Below are positions 1-14,000 of a DNA stretch of 64,000 nucleotides, in pieces. A program made the translations under genes and the position numbers. The notes beneath the pieces were generated by a model that had not been told where the DNA came from, made no database searches, and was given only the letters and a program-made list of their open reading frames with translations. The DNA is from Callorhinchus milii (lineage: Eukaryota), in the NCBI RefSeq assembly GCF_018977255.1, contig NW_024704742.1, forward strand, positions 123,630,001 through 123,694,000, read 5' to 3'. Positions within the stretch are counted from its first letter, which is position 1. Each line of letters starts with the position of its first letter.

Positions 1-2026
1 GAGTGAAATCCTGTCCATTTTTTTCCTCCCAAGCAAGGGAATGCTGAAGTCAACTGTAACACCTCAACTATCACTGTGGCTGAGATCAGTTAACTTGGCA
101 GTAATCAAGGTTTGAACTATGGCTCAGTAACACATCCCAGAGGGTGGTTACCTGCTGTGCCATTGCATGGTATTGTATGTTATGTTTTTGTATGGTATAA
201 CTACTTTTCTGGCTTCTGAAAGCTATTGGCAGAGAATTATTTAATCTGTCCACTTGGTTTTATAAGTAGAGATAAATCATTCAATTGTACTCGCTAATAG
301 CACAAGTAGGTTTACAGTGAGTATGCACAAAGTGGATAAAATTCTGCAAATGATTGGTGTTGTTGGTGTGCTGTACCTATAGCACATTTCCAGGTAATAA
401 AAATTGTTTACAGGTTTGCCATTTCCAACCTGTTTCTCGTATAAATCTGAACCAGTACAAATGGTGAATTAACTTGTATGTCATCACATTGGTGATGTAT
501 TCTCCAGCTGTAGTATTGCGGTGCAACACTAATCCTTCGTGTAAAAAAAATCCTGAATTTCAGTGGGTTCTCATGTGAAGTCTAATACAGTTTCCACCAC
601 TGCTTTGGACTAAAAACAGACTATTCAAATATCATTACATTTCAACACTATCTGTTGACAACAAGAAACAAAGTATTCAACTAATTTTGTTTTAAAACAG
701 TTCCAACCATTTATCAAAATGATTTAATGAGATTTAATATCACTGTTTTAATGAAAGTATACAGTCGATGGATATTTTATTTTTTGCACAACAAACTTTT
801 TCTGCAGTGAAAGAACTAATTGTCCTTGCTGCCTGACCTGTAAGACTGCCAGGACTCCTGCAAACAAAATGCCACAATTGCAGTGAACTTATATCCATGA
901 ATCCCAACAGTTCCAAGAAGCCCAAGCCCATCTGGAATGAATTATCATAACAGGGCACAAACCCAACACAACTGAAATCGCTGCAGATTCCAAGAGCAGA
1001 GCCACGCTGCATTTTGGCAATCCATCAATTTTCATTTCTTTATAAGTAAGCTTTACTTACACAGACTTTAAAAACTTCTGTGAAAGTTAAAGTTAAACCA
1101 AGCATTTAAACTCTGGTTAATAAAGTACCACTATACAAAACAAAACCCTTGCAATATTTACCAATTAAATCAAGGCTACAATGGGTAGTAAATTCATTAA
1201 ATAATAACCTCATTCAAAACAAATTTAGAAAAAAGTCAATCCAGGTAATAAATAGTAAAAGATGATCTTTCAAAACTCCAATTTAAAGAATATCAGATTA
1301 TGTGCTTGGTTCATTTCAGGATTTTAGATGCACTAAAATCCAGAGTTTATAAATATCGGGTTAAATTCATGATATGGGTATTTCAAGGACAGCAAGGTCT
1401 CAATGCAGGTCAAGCTTGCAGTATATAGGAACTGTGTGCAAACAATTCTCCTTTTTGGATCTGAGCTTCCTCCAGCCCATTTGCAAAGTCCAGGATCAAG
1501 CAGTGAGGTGGATTTGTGGCCAACACAGGAAGCGGCAGCAGGGAGGGAAGACTCTAGCCCACAGTGACCTGTCCCTGAGCAACCTGGAGGCAGAGTCAGC
1601 TTCACAGGAGGCACGTCTATTTGCCAAGGCCCCTCGTACGAGGACTTGGATTAATCAGATAGTGCTGAGTAAGCCTGGTATGTGGCATTGGACTTGGACC
1701 TCCAGAACAACAAGGTGGCGGGCAAGAAGATGGCGGCAATGGTCTCATACATTTCACAATGAGCTGTGGTTGCCCACCAGGAACCTTGCTGGGAGTTCCT
1801 GATCCTATCCACCTAGTGAGGAGTCAATCCCATGCTCGTCAGGTGAGCAACTAGTGACTAACCTCCCAGAGTGGGGTGGGAGGGAGGGGGGGAAGTGGGG
1901 TCTCCTTGCGGCTGAACTGGCTACAAGAGCAGTGCTGTACTCACTTGCCTGTTTTCAGGTTTTCTCCGACTGACAGCTGTGTAAAGTATAAGGCGACACA
2001 TATCTGCCTTCATAACTGAGACAATT

Positions 2027-2250
2027 AGAATCATAGAATTTTATAGCACAGAAGGAGGCCATTCTGCCCACTGTGCCTGTGCCAGCTCTTTGAAAGAGCT
2101 ACCAACTAGTCCCACTCCACCATTCTTACCCCACAGCCCTGTGAATTCTTCCTATTTAACTATTTATCTAATTCCCTGATGAAAGCCATTATGGAATCTG
2201 GTTCCACCACCTTTTCAGGCAGTGTGTTCCAGACCGTGTGAACTCTGGGT
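2027..2250 (-). mobile_element. CR1-type LINE 3' end fragment
   Basis: ATTCTATGATTCT tail; ORF2 C-terminus (VWNTLPEKVVE...FIRELDK); matches the copies at 23855, 57379 and 59978. Confidence 0.85.
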
Positions 2251-2678
2251 AAAATTAAACGGACTGTTAACATCCTCTTCGACTTAAACAATTCACATAT
2301 TTTTATCATCTCCCACTGCAAGAAAAATACAATAAAATCATGAAAGGCAACATGGACATTCAAATAATTTTTTTTTTTTTTACAGAGAATAAAACAGGCT
2401 GAAAAGTACTTGAAAATGGTTGTTCTGGAAAATAATGGATCTGCAATTTTCCATTTTGAAACCTGACCTTAATGTCACCAGCCAACTCTGAACTTGTGTA
2501 TTTGTTATGTGTAAGTCACATAAAATCAGACTTATACATAACAAATAACTTATATATAACCATTATATATGTTACAACTTACGCAAGTTTGACATAATTC
2601 ATACTTTGCACAAGTCATATTAAATGTAAAGTATAAGGTTACACATATCTGCCTTCATAACTGAGACAATTAGAATCA

Positions 2679-3003
2679 TGCCTGCTCCCTCTGCTCAACA
2701 GACTCCGGCCTGCTCCATGTTTCCCGTCCGACCCGCCCTACCATCGGTGGCCGGGCTTTCAGCCTCTTTGGCCCCACACTCTGCAACTCCCTTCGCCTCG
2801 TTTCCTCCCTTGCCTCCTCCAAAGCTGGTCTCACGACCCTTCTCTTCTACCGTGCCTTTGGTCTCCTTCCCACCTCTCTGCCTTCCCTCACCCCTACACC
2901 ACCTCTCCCCCATGCTCGGTACCCGACACCTGACTGTTCAGTGCTTTGAGATGTCCTCCCGACATGAAAGGCGCTCTATAAATGTAATTTTGTTGTTGTT
3001 GTA
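2679..3003 (+). mobile_element. L2 LINE 3' end fragment
   Basis: Tail GCTTTGAGATGTCCTCCCGACATGAAAGGCGCTCTATAAATG followed by (TTG)n; ORF2 C-terminal remnant. Confidence 0.85.
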
Positions 3004-3049
3004 AATGTCTGGTCCCAACCTATATGACTTATGTGAGGTTTATTGTATG

Positions 3050-3425
3050 TACTCCAGGGCACTGCTGGTGACAGCACAGCTAGGCTGGCTCATCGGCAGT
3101 GCTTGATAGGGCAGACCAGTCACTGGGTGTAGGGAAAATGGGAAAGCTTGCCAGACAGTTCTGTCAATGGCAAGCTATGTGGTTTTAGCTGGTTAGATTC
3201 CAACTTGCACTCTGGGGTCCCCAAGCCTTGGCTCTTGCCAACCTGCATTTAGTACTTTCTGTAATTAGGTAAGCAGGACATGTCCCTCCAGGGAGAGAGT
3301 GCACATTCCATTCCAATAAACATCTCTGGAATTTCCATGTACAGGTGGGATGAATGGAACTCTCAAGTTTGGTGATATGTTTCCGAATGTGTCAGACACC
3401 CGGCTGACCTCCCCCAAAAACCTTT
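3050..3425 (-). repeat. Unclassified dispersed repeat (family beginning GGTCAGCCGGGTGTCTGACACAT)
   Basis: Reverse-complement similarity to the copies at 15575, 46800, 56690 and 57065. Confidence 0.6.
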
Positions 3426-4900
3426 TTTTTTGCTGCCTTTAATTCTTAAATTATAATATGCGTTTGTTTGTTAGCAACACATCTATTTCAAACTCCTTGC
3501 TAATATTTTCCAAATCACTTTCTTTTCTTCTCTAGAACACAATGTGGGCAGATTGAATATTTGCCGCTTTGGATTAGTACAACCATTGAATCAAAGGGAA
3601 AGGTTATATCATGAAATGGCCACACTGCAACCAGGGTGTGGGGGAAATGGTTCTCGTCTTCCAGGGACAGATTCAGAACCAAATCTAGATCCTAAATGTG
3701 AACAAGCAGCAGGCTAACTATATTCAGAAAGACTGCCAATTTTCTTAAGCAATCCCAGGTGCACATATAATAGGATGGTTGAAATTTTAAGTTCAGTCCT
3801 ACATTCTGCAATGCAACAGCAGCAGAGTCCTGAAGCCAACTTTTCAACAGTATTCCCACCTGTAGGATTACTGATCATCAAAATGGTGAATACTTTTTAC
3901 AATCCTACATAAGGGCCGAAAAACTATTTTTCTGGGTAGTAAAAGAACTGATTCTGTATAAAGAAACAAAAGGGTAAAGCGAGTAGCTGCTGCTCACTGG
4001 GAACTACCCTGTTAGTCATATTTCTTTTAAAAAACAATCCGACTGAGCAATCGTCAGTGAAATCCAAATCTATGGAGAGCAGATACAAATGATCTATGTA
4101 ATAATTAGCTGCTCTAATGAGACAATCTGCTGTTAAAACCATTGGAATATAAACCTAGAGAGAGAGAATGTGTATGCGTGTGTGTGTGTGTTGGCTTACT
4201 CAAATATACATAACACAAATTAAAACATGAAAGCTTACATTAAATGTAAAGCTAGTACTGACGAAGTAATGTAATATAATTATTTGAGTTTCATGTGGAT
4301 GCAAATTCCTTTCTGAAGCTCAGAACTGGGAACAGAATCAAGATGAAAGGTTTAGAAATCTGAAACAGGTACTGGAGAAGTGCAACTATTTGTTGGTTCA
4401 TCTATGTTACTACTTAAAGACCAACAAAATCAGTGTGTGTGTGAAACAAAATAGATAAAAAATGCATCAGAGTCTTGTAGATTTCTCATTGCTGGGTCTC
4501 TGCAAGCCCAAACACTGTTAATGGGCACACGACGCACTGCCTGACAGAGTTCGATGTAATAACTTTCACCCCACTCTTCTGCTTTGATCCTCCCACAAAT
4601 CAATATTGTTTCCTCTTTCTTTTCTACGAGCTAACTTGGTTATTAGAAAATGCAGTTGACACTGAATATTTGTGGCAGCAGGCAATTCTGGATCAACTCA
4701 CAAATTAATCCAAAGCAGTTGGCTGCCCCTGATTACTGCAGGAGGAGGCAAGTTCTTAATATTGTGTAAAAGTTTTGACAAGGGTGCTAATTATCAATAT
4801 TTTTTTCTTTATTTCCAGGAGTACTTTAGGGGAAAAAGTACTCCCCAGAGTTTAGTTCATGTTTAATAACATTTTTTAAAAAAATGATATTTTTCATTAC

Positions 4901-5063
4901 CTTCAAAAACTTCTGTCATTTTACAGATCTGAGCAAAAGTGGCTCCATTCGCCCACGTGAAAACTACGTCCATTAATTGAGGTCGAAATGACTCCAGATA
5001 CATATCCTCATCAACCTCTAGTTTGGCTTCTGCTGACACTTTGGCTATTCTTCTAGCACATTC
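4901..5063 (-). CDS. MTREX: MTREX exon (163 nt): [54 protein letters not shown](G)
   Basis: Manual translation; cag acceptor, GTAATG donor. Confidence 0.96.
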
Positions 5064-8000
5064 CTGAAAATGGACAGTGGAGATTTTTTTTAAAAAAAGT
5101 TATTGTTTTACCACTGTGTGATAGGCACACAGTTTAATACAGCAAAGGCATATTCTGAAACAAATTCATTTTATAAGTGCATTTTTCCAGCAAATGAATT
5201 ACACAATTTTTAGCATATCCTCAGTTAAATCTAATGTGCAGGTATCCTGCACTTGGGAAATTTTTTACATTTTATACACTGATTAGAAAACAATTACTGA
5301 TATTTTAATAACAACAATAGTAAATCCTAGAACTAGTAGCCAGAAGCACAAATGATCTAACCACTAAATGAGAAAATCCTGCTTGTGGTCCAAGTTTAGA
5401 TTTTTGGATAACATAGATCTTACCATTATACAGCCTGCCAAAGACTGGAATAAAGGATGAAGAAACCACAATACATCTATTCAACAATTAGGCTATTATG
5501 AAGACAGTAGGAATGTTAGTTTGATCATTTGTTTTGATCAGGTCACGGAAACCTGGATAAGGACAAGATAATTATTATTATGCTCGAGGGGATTTTCACA
5601 TCTGTTTCTGATTTTTTTTTCCTTATATACCCTCCTAGATCTTGTACATGGGAAAACTCAGAAAACAGGCAAGAAGGAACACCATTAGATTTTGTAATTC
5701 TGAACTGTAATTTATTTAGAGAAAGAATTTTAAATTCAAATTTTAAAACTACACTTTAGGGTCTGAGACTCCAGACTATTAGTCCTTTACATCCAGTAAA
5801 AGTACTATGCAAGATCAGAGGAGAATGTAAGTAGAAAGTAAAATTGGCTCAAAGCTCTATTTCATCCAGTATAGCACAAGAGATTATTTTTGTCCTCCAC
5901 TTCTCATAACTATTCTCCTGGTGTCAGAAGGCTGTGTTGGTAGGTAGCACTCTTGTCTCTGAATTAAAAACATGTGGGTTCAAGCCTCACGAACAGCCTA
6001 GGGTGACACCTCAACTGCAGTGTTGCGGGAGTGCTGTTTTATCGAAGGTGCTGAGCCTTGGGTAAGACATAAGACTATCGTCCCATCTGCCTATTCACAT
6101 CAAAGACCCCATTCCACTACTAGAAGAGTTTTTCCCAGTGGCCTAGGATGATCCCTCAGAGAAAAAAAGACATGGACTTCATGGCTGTTTGTGGGATATT
6201 GCTGTGTACAAATTGGCTGCAGCTTAGCCCTGCAAATAATTTTACAAAAAAAACCTCAAGTGAAGTGATTTGAGATGTTTTGATGTAATAAGTCACTATA
6301 TTAAATGCAAGTATTATTATTGCACATGGCTTCTCTCTTCAGACAAAATAGAGTGAGCCTTTTAAGATGGTAATGCTTTGGTCAGAAAAAATGATTATTG
6401 ACAACCCGACCAAATGGTTTATTTCTGATACAACATTTTGAACGGTGGATGTGCAATGCTAGCTGTCGGAAGCAAGAAGGTGCACTTTGAAAACAATCCA
6501 ATGCAGACAGACAATTCCCAGTGTAGCTCAAAAGCAATTTAACAATTCTATTGCTACTGGAAAGTAATGATAGAGAAGAACACTTAAAAGTAAACCATCT
6601 AAATAAAATTCAGTTAATTTATGGAAAAAATAATCACTAGAATCTTCAGCAAAACTGCCAAAGAGGGTATGGTCATTCTTGATTTTAGACACCTTCGGAA
6701 AAGAGAAATTCAATCTGTGGCACAAATTCAAACAAATAATCTTTAAAAATATTGGTATGGTTAAGCTTTGATTTCTAATGTTCTGCAATCACACAAATTT
6801 TTTTTGTTGACGTACAATGGGGTTTTCTTTCCTTTGCTGGTCTTTTGCACAATCTGAATATTATTTTAATCAAGAAAAAAAATTACCTTAAAAAGAAACC
6901 TTACCTGCATCTGTCGTAATGGCCCTGCCAATTGTTCTGTCAATTTGGGCATTTCATTTGCCTGAAATGAAATCATATGTATTCTGGTTACTGTAATGCA
7001 CATATGACAAATTCTTGGACCCGGAGAAAGCTTTACATCAGCGAGACATGCTTGTTGGCAACTTAAAATGGAAAAGTATTACATTCCCTCACCTCAATGA
7101 AATATATAAATAAAAGAACAATCAATGTAAGATAGCATAGAAGATTACCATCATTTACAGATGTCAGGAAAGTTTCCACTTCATCAATTATTTAACATTT
7201 ATACACTTCGGATTTATTTTATTTGATTGGAATTAACATTACAACACAATTAACATTTAATCTAATCATTCAATGGCACATCTGGCTGCTCTGCGGAAAG
7301 TTGAATGTGGATTCTACCTCAACAAGTGAGCTCTTGAGCTAAGTTAGATCCCCTGAGAAACTATTGAATGTGAACAAAACTGAGGCCCTCCTGACTGGCT
7401 CACGCCAGCATTTCTACACCTCAGGCTCTGGCAGCATCAACCTCCATGGTTGCACACAACTCACCAAGCCAGTCAGGAACCTAGGTGTCTTGTTCGACCC
7501 ATAACTGTCCTTTCTTCCCCACATCCAAGTCATGACCCGCTCTGCCTTCCCTCACCTCCATAACATTGCCTGACTCCGCCACGGCCTCACCCCTCAGGCC
7601 ACTGAAACTTTTGTTCATGCCTTCATCATCTCCAGGCTCGACTATTGAAACGCCCTGCTTGTTGGCCTTCCCAACTCCTCCCTCCACAGGCTGCAGATAA
7701 TCCAGAACTTTGCAGCCTGTGTCCTCTCCCGCACCAAACTCCGTGACCCCATCTCACCCATTCTCACCCGACTCCATTGGCTACCTATCCTTCAGAGGAT
7801 CCAGTTCAAGATTCTGGTCCTCACATACAAAGCCCTCCATGGCCTCTCCCCACCCTACCTCTACGACCTCCTAACCCGCCCATTCCTTCCGCTCAGCCGG
7901 CTCTGGCCTGCTCCACATTCCCCGACCCGCCCGTCCCACAATTGGCGGGAGAGCCTTCAGCCACTCTGCCCCCAACCATGCCATCAGTCACACCTTTCCC

Positions 8001-11000
8001 CTCCCCTCTCCCCCCGACCCCAGCTTGCGTCTGAAATGCTGTACACTGTCCAGCGCCTTGGGATGTCCTCCCAACATGAAAGGCGCTTATACAAATGTAA
8101 TCTTGTTGCTGTTGTATTAACATATTAACACTCCCCACCCATAAAAATAGTTTTGTGCTTGCAATGAACAATGACAAAGTAAAATTGGCAAATCCTAAAC
8201 ATCTTTCAGAAATAGGAAAGGAATATTCAAGTTAATTAAAACTCATCCATATTATGGCTGTTTCTAAGTCATTGTGGAAGGCAAATTGGTTGCTGGGTTC
8301 ACCTCCAGAATATACAATCATTATACTCTATCCTGTGAAGCTCTTTCGGACATCCTCTTGATTTGAAAAGCACTATATCAAATTCATGATCCAGACCATA
8401 ATTGGTATACCCTTCAAGCTTGCTTGCCACTCACATAAATTATGTTGAAATTATTCCAAAAGCTGTGCTCACTCTCCTAATCTGTGCAGTTACTAATGCC
8501 TTCCTGGACCAGATGACAACGTTCTTTGCCATTGGATTATAAAGTGGGATCAAGAGAAGATGCTAACTATCAATTCTCCTCACAATTCAATGCCATATCT
8601 GTTTTTTTTACAACTAATTCTAATATACTTTTCTTAGAGTTGAAAGCAGAGCTCTAACTTTCAGGTGTTTAAAAAAGCGATACAATTTAAATGGCAGGGA
8701 AGTCACACCCTTTAATTGAAGAAATGTACTTTAATCAAGCTTTTAGTCCCATATTTGTGTTTTATCAAATGTACACCCCCAGGACATGTACTATTCGAAA
8801 ATAGAAGGGCATTTCTCCCAGTGTCTTGGCCAACAATATTACAGGTAAAAACATGTCATTCACTTCAAGCTGTTTTTGGACACACTGCCATGTTAGCCTT
8901 CAAAATACACAATCACTACACTCTACAATAAATCCTGCAAAATACTATGAGATATGATAATCTGATAATACTATGAGATATGATAGTCTGATAATCAATC
9001 TATATTGATTGATATGGTGCTATATCAAATACAAAGAGTATTATTCTCTCAAAGCATGGCAAATTAATTCACCACTGTTCCCAACATTACTGTTTCCAAA
9101 AGTAGTTTCTAACTACTGTATTGTTTAATGAATTTATCTTTAACATTTAAGACAAGTTTAAAGTTTCATATGTATAAGTAGTTATGTTCCTTATTTTAAC
9201 ACAGCAGTCAAAAGGGAAATAGCTCTTTAAAAAAAAGCAGCCAAGAAACTTAAAGATTGTTATGTCTTAAAAATTGTTTCCTTCCCCCCACATTGCAGAA
9301 ATCATTACATTGGGAAATCAATAACTCAAAGGAACAAATATATTTCATGGCATTATTGAACTCCGTTACTCTATTACTAAGCATCAACATCTAGCTAATT
9401 TTTCAGTTTGGATTCATCTTCTGAGGTTAATGGGATCACAACCAAGCTATTAACAAGGAAAATTATGATTTAGTTTGGTCACTTTAGAGGCTGAGTTTCA
9501 GAAACCACTTTCTGACTATTTAACTGGCTTTGAGTATAATGTGAGTATTGTTGAACAAATATTTCAGGCGGTGTGTCCACATATAAATAAACAGAATTTA
9601 CCAGTAATGTACAGCAGCTTGCCAAGTCTCCCAAATGCTTAGTTACCTCCATCTCTGAAATCTGCTTTCTGAGGAACATCACGTACAGGTCATGTCTACA
9701 GTGGATACTTCCATTTAAGCACACCTTAACCCCTTTGAGAGGAGCAATTCAATACCACAGTTAATACTCCAGCCCCTGGGTTAAGTGCTAGGTTAACAGC
9801 AGAAACAGATGCTATCTTCTGCGTTTACAACACAAAGTTATGGAAGAAAGGAAAGGATTACTAAATTAGGTGGAACTCAGAATGGAAAATATCTGATAAT
9901 TGAAATTATATTAAACAGGATAAAATGGGGACAAATATTAGTTTGAACTCAATTTGTTCTTAAAGTTACTTTCCAGGAAATGTAATGTACATTTTAAAAG
10001 TACAGAACAGAGACATTTAATAACAGACGGATAACCAAAATCCCGGGGTGGGGGGGTGATTAATACTTAAGACATTCCTATTTGCAGTTTTATAGACTGA
10101 ACAAATCATCAATGTAACATGATCAAAAGCATCAAATATAAAAATATAATTGAACTTGCAAATTTTGAGACAGAATTTGATTAATGGAAGAAACAAAACA
10201 GAAAATGGTTGAAATGTCATTAAGGTATCCAACCATACACACAAGAAAACAAATCAAAAATGTCACACCTTGCTGCCATGCTGAAACCTGAAACTATAAA
10301 AGGATTTTTGTTCATAAAACCAGCCAAACTAAAAAAGAGCTCTCCGGCAATAAAATATCTGGCTTAGTCTAATACCTTTTCTGAAAATATGAAAATTTCT
10401 GGCACAGTGAACAAAAAGTAGTATAATATGGAAACCAAACAAATTCAACACATATTAGCCAAATTCAAACAAGCCATTGTTAATTTAGGTCAGCTTTAAC
10501 CTAGCCTTTAACTAGTATTCATTCATAAACAGCAATTAACACACTTTGTGAATTTCTTAAGAATTAGCAGGGATTCAAAAGTCTAAGGGGTGCCCTTTTG
10601 TTGTCCGATAAGGCACAGTTTCTGATGACTGACACTAGAATACGTTCCTGGCCAAAACCAAATAAACTAGCTTTTTTGAAAATCAGAACTCACATAATAT
10701 AATGGCTCAAAGTGGAGTACATAAGACAACATTTGCCATACAGTGAGCTGGTAGTTTCAACAAGCCCCTTAATTGAATAAGTAACTTCAAATTCTCTGTT
10801 TCGTATCCTGTGGACCTATACTTATTGCTTTTAATTCACCCAATTTCACTACACTGCATTTGTCAACCCAAATCACGTAAAATTTATCCAGATTCCTCTG
10901 TATCTGGTTAATCTATTTGCTAATATTTCCTTTGGTTTGATAGCTTATTTTTTGCCTCACTTCCAAATCATTTAAATGGAATACCTCGAGCTAGTACTGA

Positions 11001-14000
11001 TACGCGAGACACCTCTCCAGTTACAGTATTTCCTTCTATGATGATATAGCTCCATGTGTTTCCTTGATCTAACAAATTTCTGATCCACTTCAGAAGCTTT
11101 AGTGGATTAAATTATATAACTTTACACCCACGCAATAACCTGTCTGGAACTGTGTCAAAAGATTTTCTAAAAAAGCAAAGAGATTACTTATTAAAATGGA
11201 AATCAAATAGTGAAAGAAAAACAAGTTTTTTGTTTTTTTTTAAAAAAGGGGGGTCTTTTCATGAATCCTTCATTGCAATTTTTGAATCCTAAGAGTGCAA
11301 ACCACAATCTAATATATGCGGATATAAATGAAAAAAAAATCCCTGCATTTGATATAACGCCTTATCACATCTTCGAGGCATCTCAAAGCGCCTCACAGAA
11401 TATACTGTAAAGTGAATTGATTGTGTATTTTATGGACAAAACGTGGCAGCCAATTGTGCACAGAATATGCTGAGAATGAAGAATGACTATTCTGATTATT
11501 TCAATGCTTACAGTATTGGATTTAGAAGAAACAAAGTATGGAATATTAACAGGACCAGCTAATTTTCTAGTTTACTATTCTTGGCTATGTATAGTTTTCT
11601 ATATAGATAGATCTTTGATAGATCTGTCTGTCTGTGGGATGTGGTCACTAAACTCTGTTTACTGCTCCTCTTATCTAGTATTCATCACTCTGCAAAACTA
11701 ATTGGCAATAATTCAGAGAATGTATGAGGCTCATAAATATAAAAGAAGTAGATACATAAAAGCTGTTCAATTAATGGATTCCCCAATGTTTCAGCACTCA
11801 CACAGACCTCTAATCTGCGAAAAGCTTTTAGCTTGAAAAAAAGGGAAATATCCCCCATAATATAAAGCTTTTATAATACACTTTGATCACCCTACTCTCA
11901 AAAAAAACCTTTCCTGGACCCATCCCAGCTCTCCAATTACCACCTCATTTCCAACCTCCCTTTCCTTTCCAAGGACCTGGAACAAGTCATTTCTTCCCAG
12001 CTTTGCTTCTTCTTCTCCCGCCACTCCCTCTACGAACCACTCCAATAGGGATTCCGTGCTGGCCACAGCACAGAAACAGCCTGCATGAGGGGCACTATAT
12101 AAATGCAAGTTGTTGTTAGGCCTTCAATCTCTCTGCCCCACCCTTTGAAATTCCATCCCAGTCCCTTCGCCTCGTTCCCTTCCTTGCCTCCCTCACGACC
12201 CTCCTCTTCGACTGTGCCTTCGACCATCCTCCTACCCCTCCTGATTCCAACCGCCTTCTTGGGTTCAAATCCCTGACTGTCCAGCGCCTTGGGATGACCT
12301 TGTGATGTGAAGGAGGCTATACAAATGTAATTTGGTGGTGGTGGTGTTTTAGATTAAGACAAGAGGAACATGCCAATTGGCTCTATTTTATCTTCAACCC
12401 TTTGAAGATAAATAAAATAGTATTTACCTAGCAAAACAAAAATACCCTTTGTAAAATTATTAAGAGAACTGAAAGAAATTGCAAAAGTAAATTGTTTTAA
12501 AAAATAAAGAAAGTTGTAATATTAAAAGGACTTTTGACCTTTGAACAAACTGACCAACTATACAAATTCCAACAGTATGTAAAGACTCAAGAGTTTTCAC
12601 CATAGCTAAAGTGGGCTTTGCAAGCGAGTTCAATTCCAGGCAGGGCGAAACCTTGGGCAAGTTTCCTTACTCCACACAGAGCCTAATAATAATACCTCCA
12701 AAAACCAAAAACAATAATAAATTGGTCATTTTCAATCTACGACTGTTTGTGGGACATTGCTGTGCGCAATTGGCTGCCGCGTTCGCCCACAAATATACAG
12801 TCAATTCACTTTACAGTGTATTCTGTGAAGCGCTTTGGGACGTCCTCCCGACGTGAAAAGCGCTATATCAAATTCAAGGATTATTATTATTATTAGTGAA
12901 GAAATCTGAATTCAAGTTCAAACGTGTCATTATTTCGTGATCAGCAATCGATTGTTGACTGCAGCCAACCAACAATCCCCAGTGAAGACTAGCCCAGCGT
13001 GGTCCCCTGAATGGGTAATCTGCCCCCTCTGAGACAAATCCTTCCCCTCACAAGTTTTGTCCCTGAATATGACTTCTTTCTTGTTCTCCACCCTCTCCCC
13101 CCACCCCACCCCACAAAAGAGTAAACCAAAACACATTCACCAACACCAACCTTTAGGTTTTCAAAAGCCATGGAATATACAGAAACTAGGGCCGGAGGAT
13201 TCATATCATTCACAAAAACTAATTTTAAAGTAAACAGGATATTTGACATATTCTGTTTACTTACTATTCAAGTCCTTTGAAAAAAAATCAAGTTGCAAAA
13301 CAGCTCATACAATTTTATATGTAAACTAGACAAAAGACTTCTTCCACTTCTTTTAAAACTTGTGCATTCAACAGTTTATCATCCTGTTTTTGAGATTAAC
13401 TGAAGTTGCAGTCAGCATTCTTTTAAAACGTCACATCTGAAAAAGCTTTCAAATGTGCTCTTCTTTGATATTTTTCCAACATGAATTGAAGGCTCTATGC
13501 CAAAAAAGTCTGCTCTCAATTCAATCATTATTAAGAACGTTTCACAGCTGCTACAAAAAAATCTGACTATTTGCTTTGCTTCTGTTTGTTTCAATTTACC
13601 CATTTCTTAAACATCAGCAATGAGTTAAAACAGATTTTAAAACCCTGTAATTTAGCATCAGTAAAGAATTCCATAGTGGAAATGGGTTCCTCACATCTAT
13701 TTACTTTAAAATATACTGTCATATTTTACTGAAGTATTAGCCTAGTCAGACAATATCCAGTTTTTTTGGTGAACAAAAAATTCTACTGAGGACTTTATGG
13801 GGACAGTTCAAATTAATAAATGGAAAATGTTACACAAGGCAGAAACTGGGTAATTGCTGCTTTTACTATTTCTAGATATTTTGATATGATACATTTAAGT
13901 TTTAAACTAAAATACATTTTGAGTAAGGTTTTATTGCTTGGAACATGCACCTAGTAACTAACACAAGACTCGCAAAAGATTTTATTATCATGTTTGCTGT

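Noticed and set aside
740..1012. Minus-strand ORF containing QAARTIS, resembling QAAKAIG of the next MTREX exon
   Set aside because: No GSIIRCMRRLEELL upstream and no NTELENKF downstream. This is a chance match, and the final MTREX exons appear to lie left of the window.
1374..1802. 142-aa ORF with vague resemblance to Harbinger Myb/SANT-like proteins
   Set aside because: The similarity is too weak to support without an HMM search. The region may be a decayed repeat.
13015..13035. CTCF-like motif (reverse strand TCTCAGAGGGGGCAG)
   Set aside because: Only a partial match; it cannot be supported without a PWM score or ChIP data.
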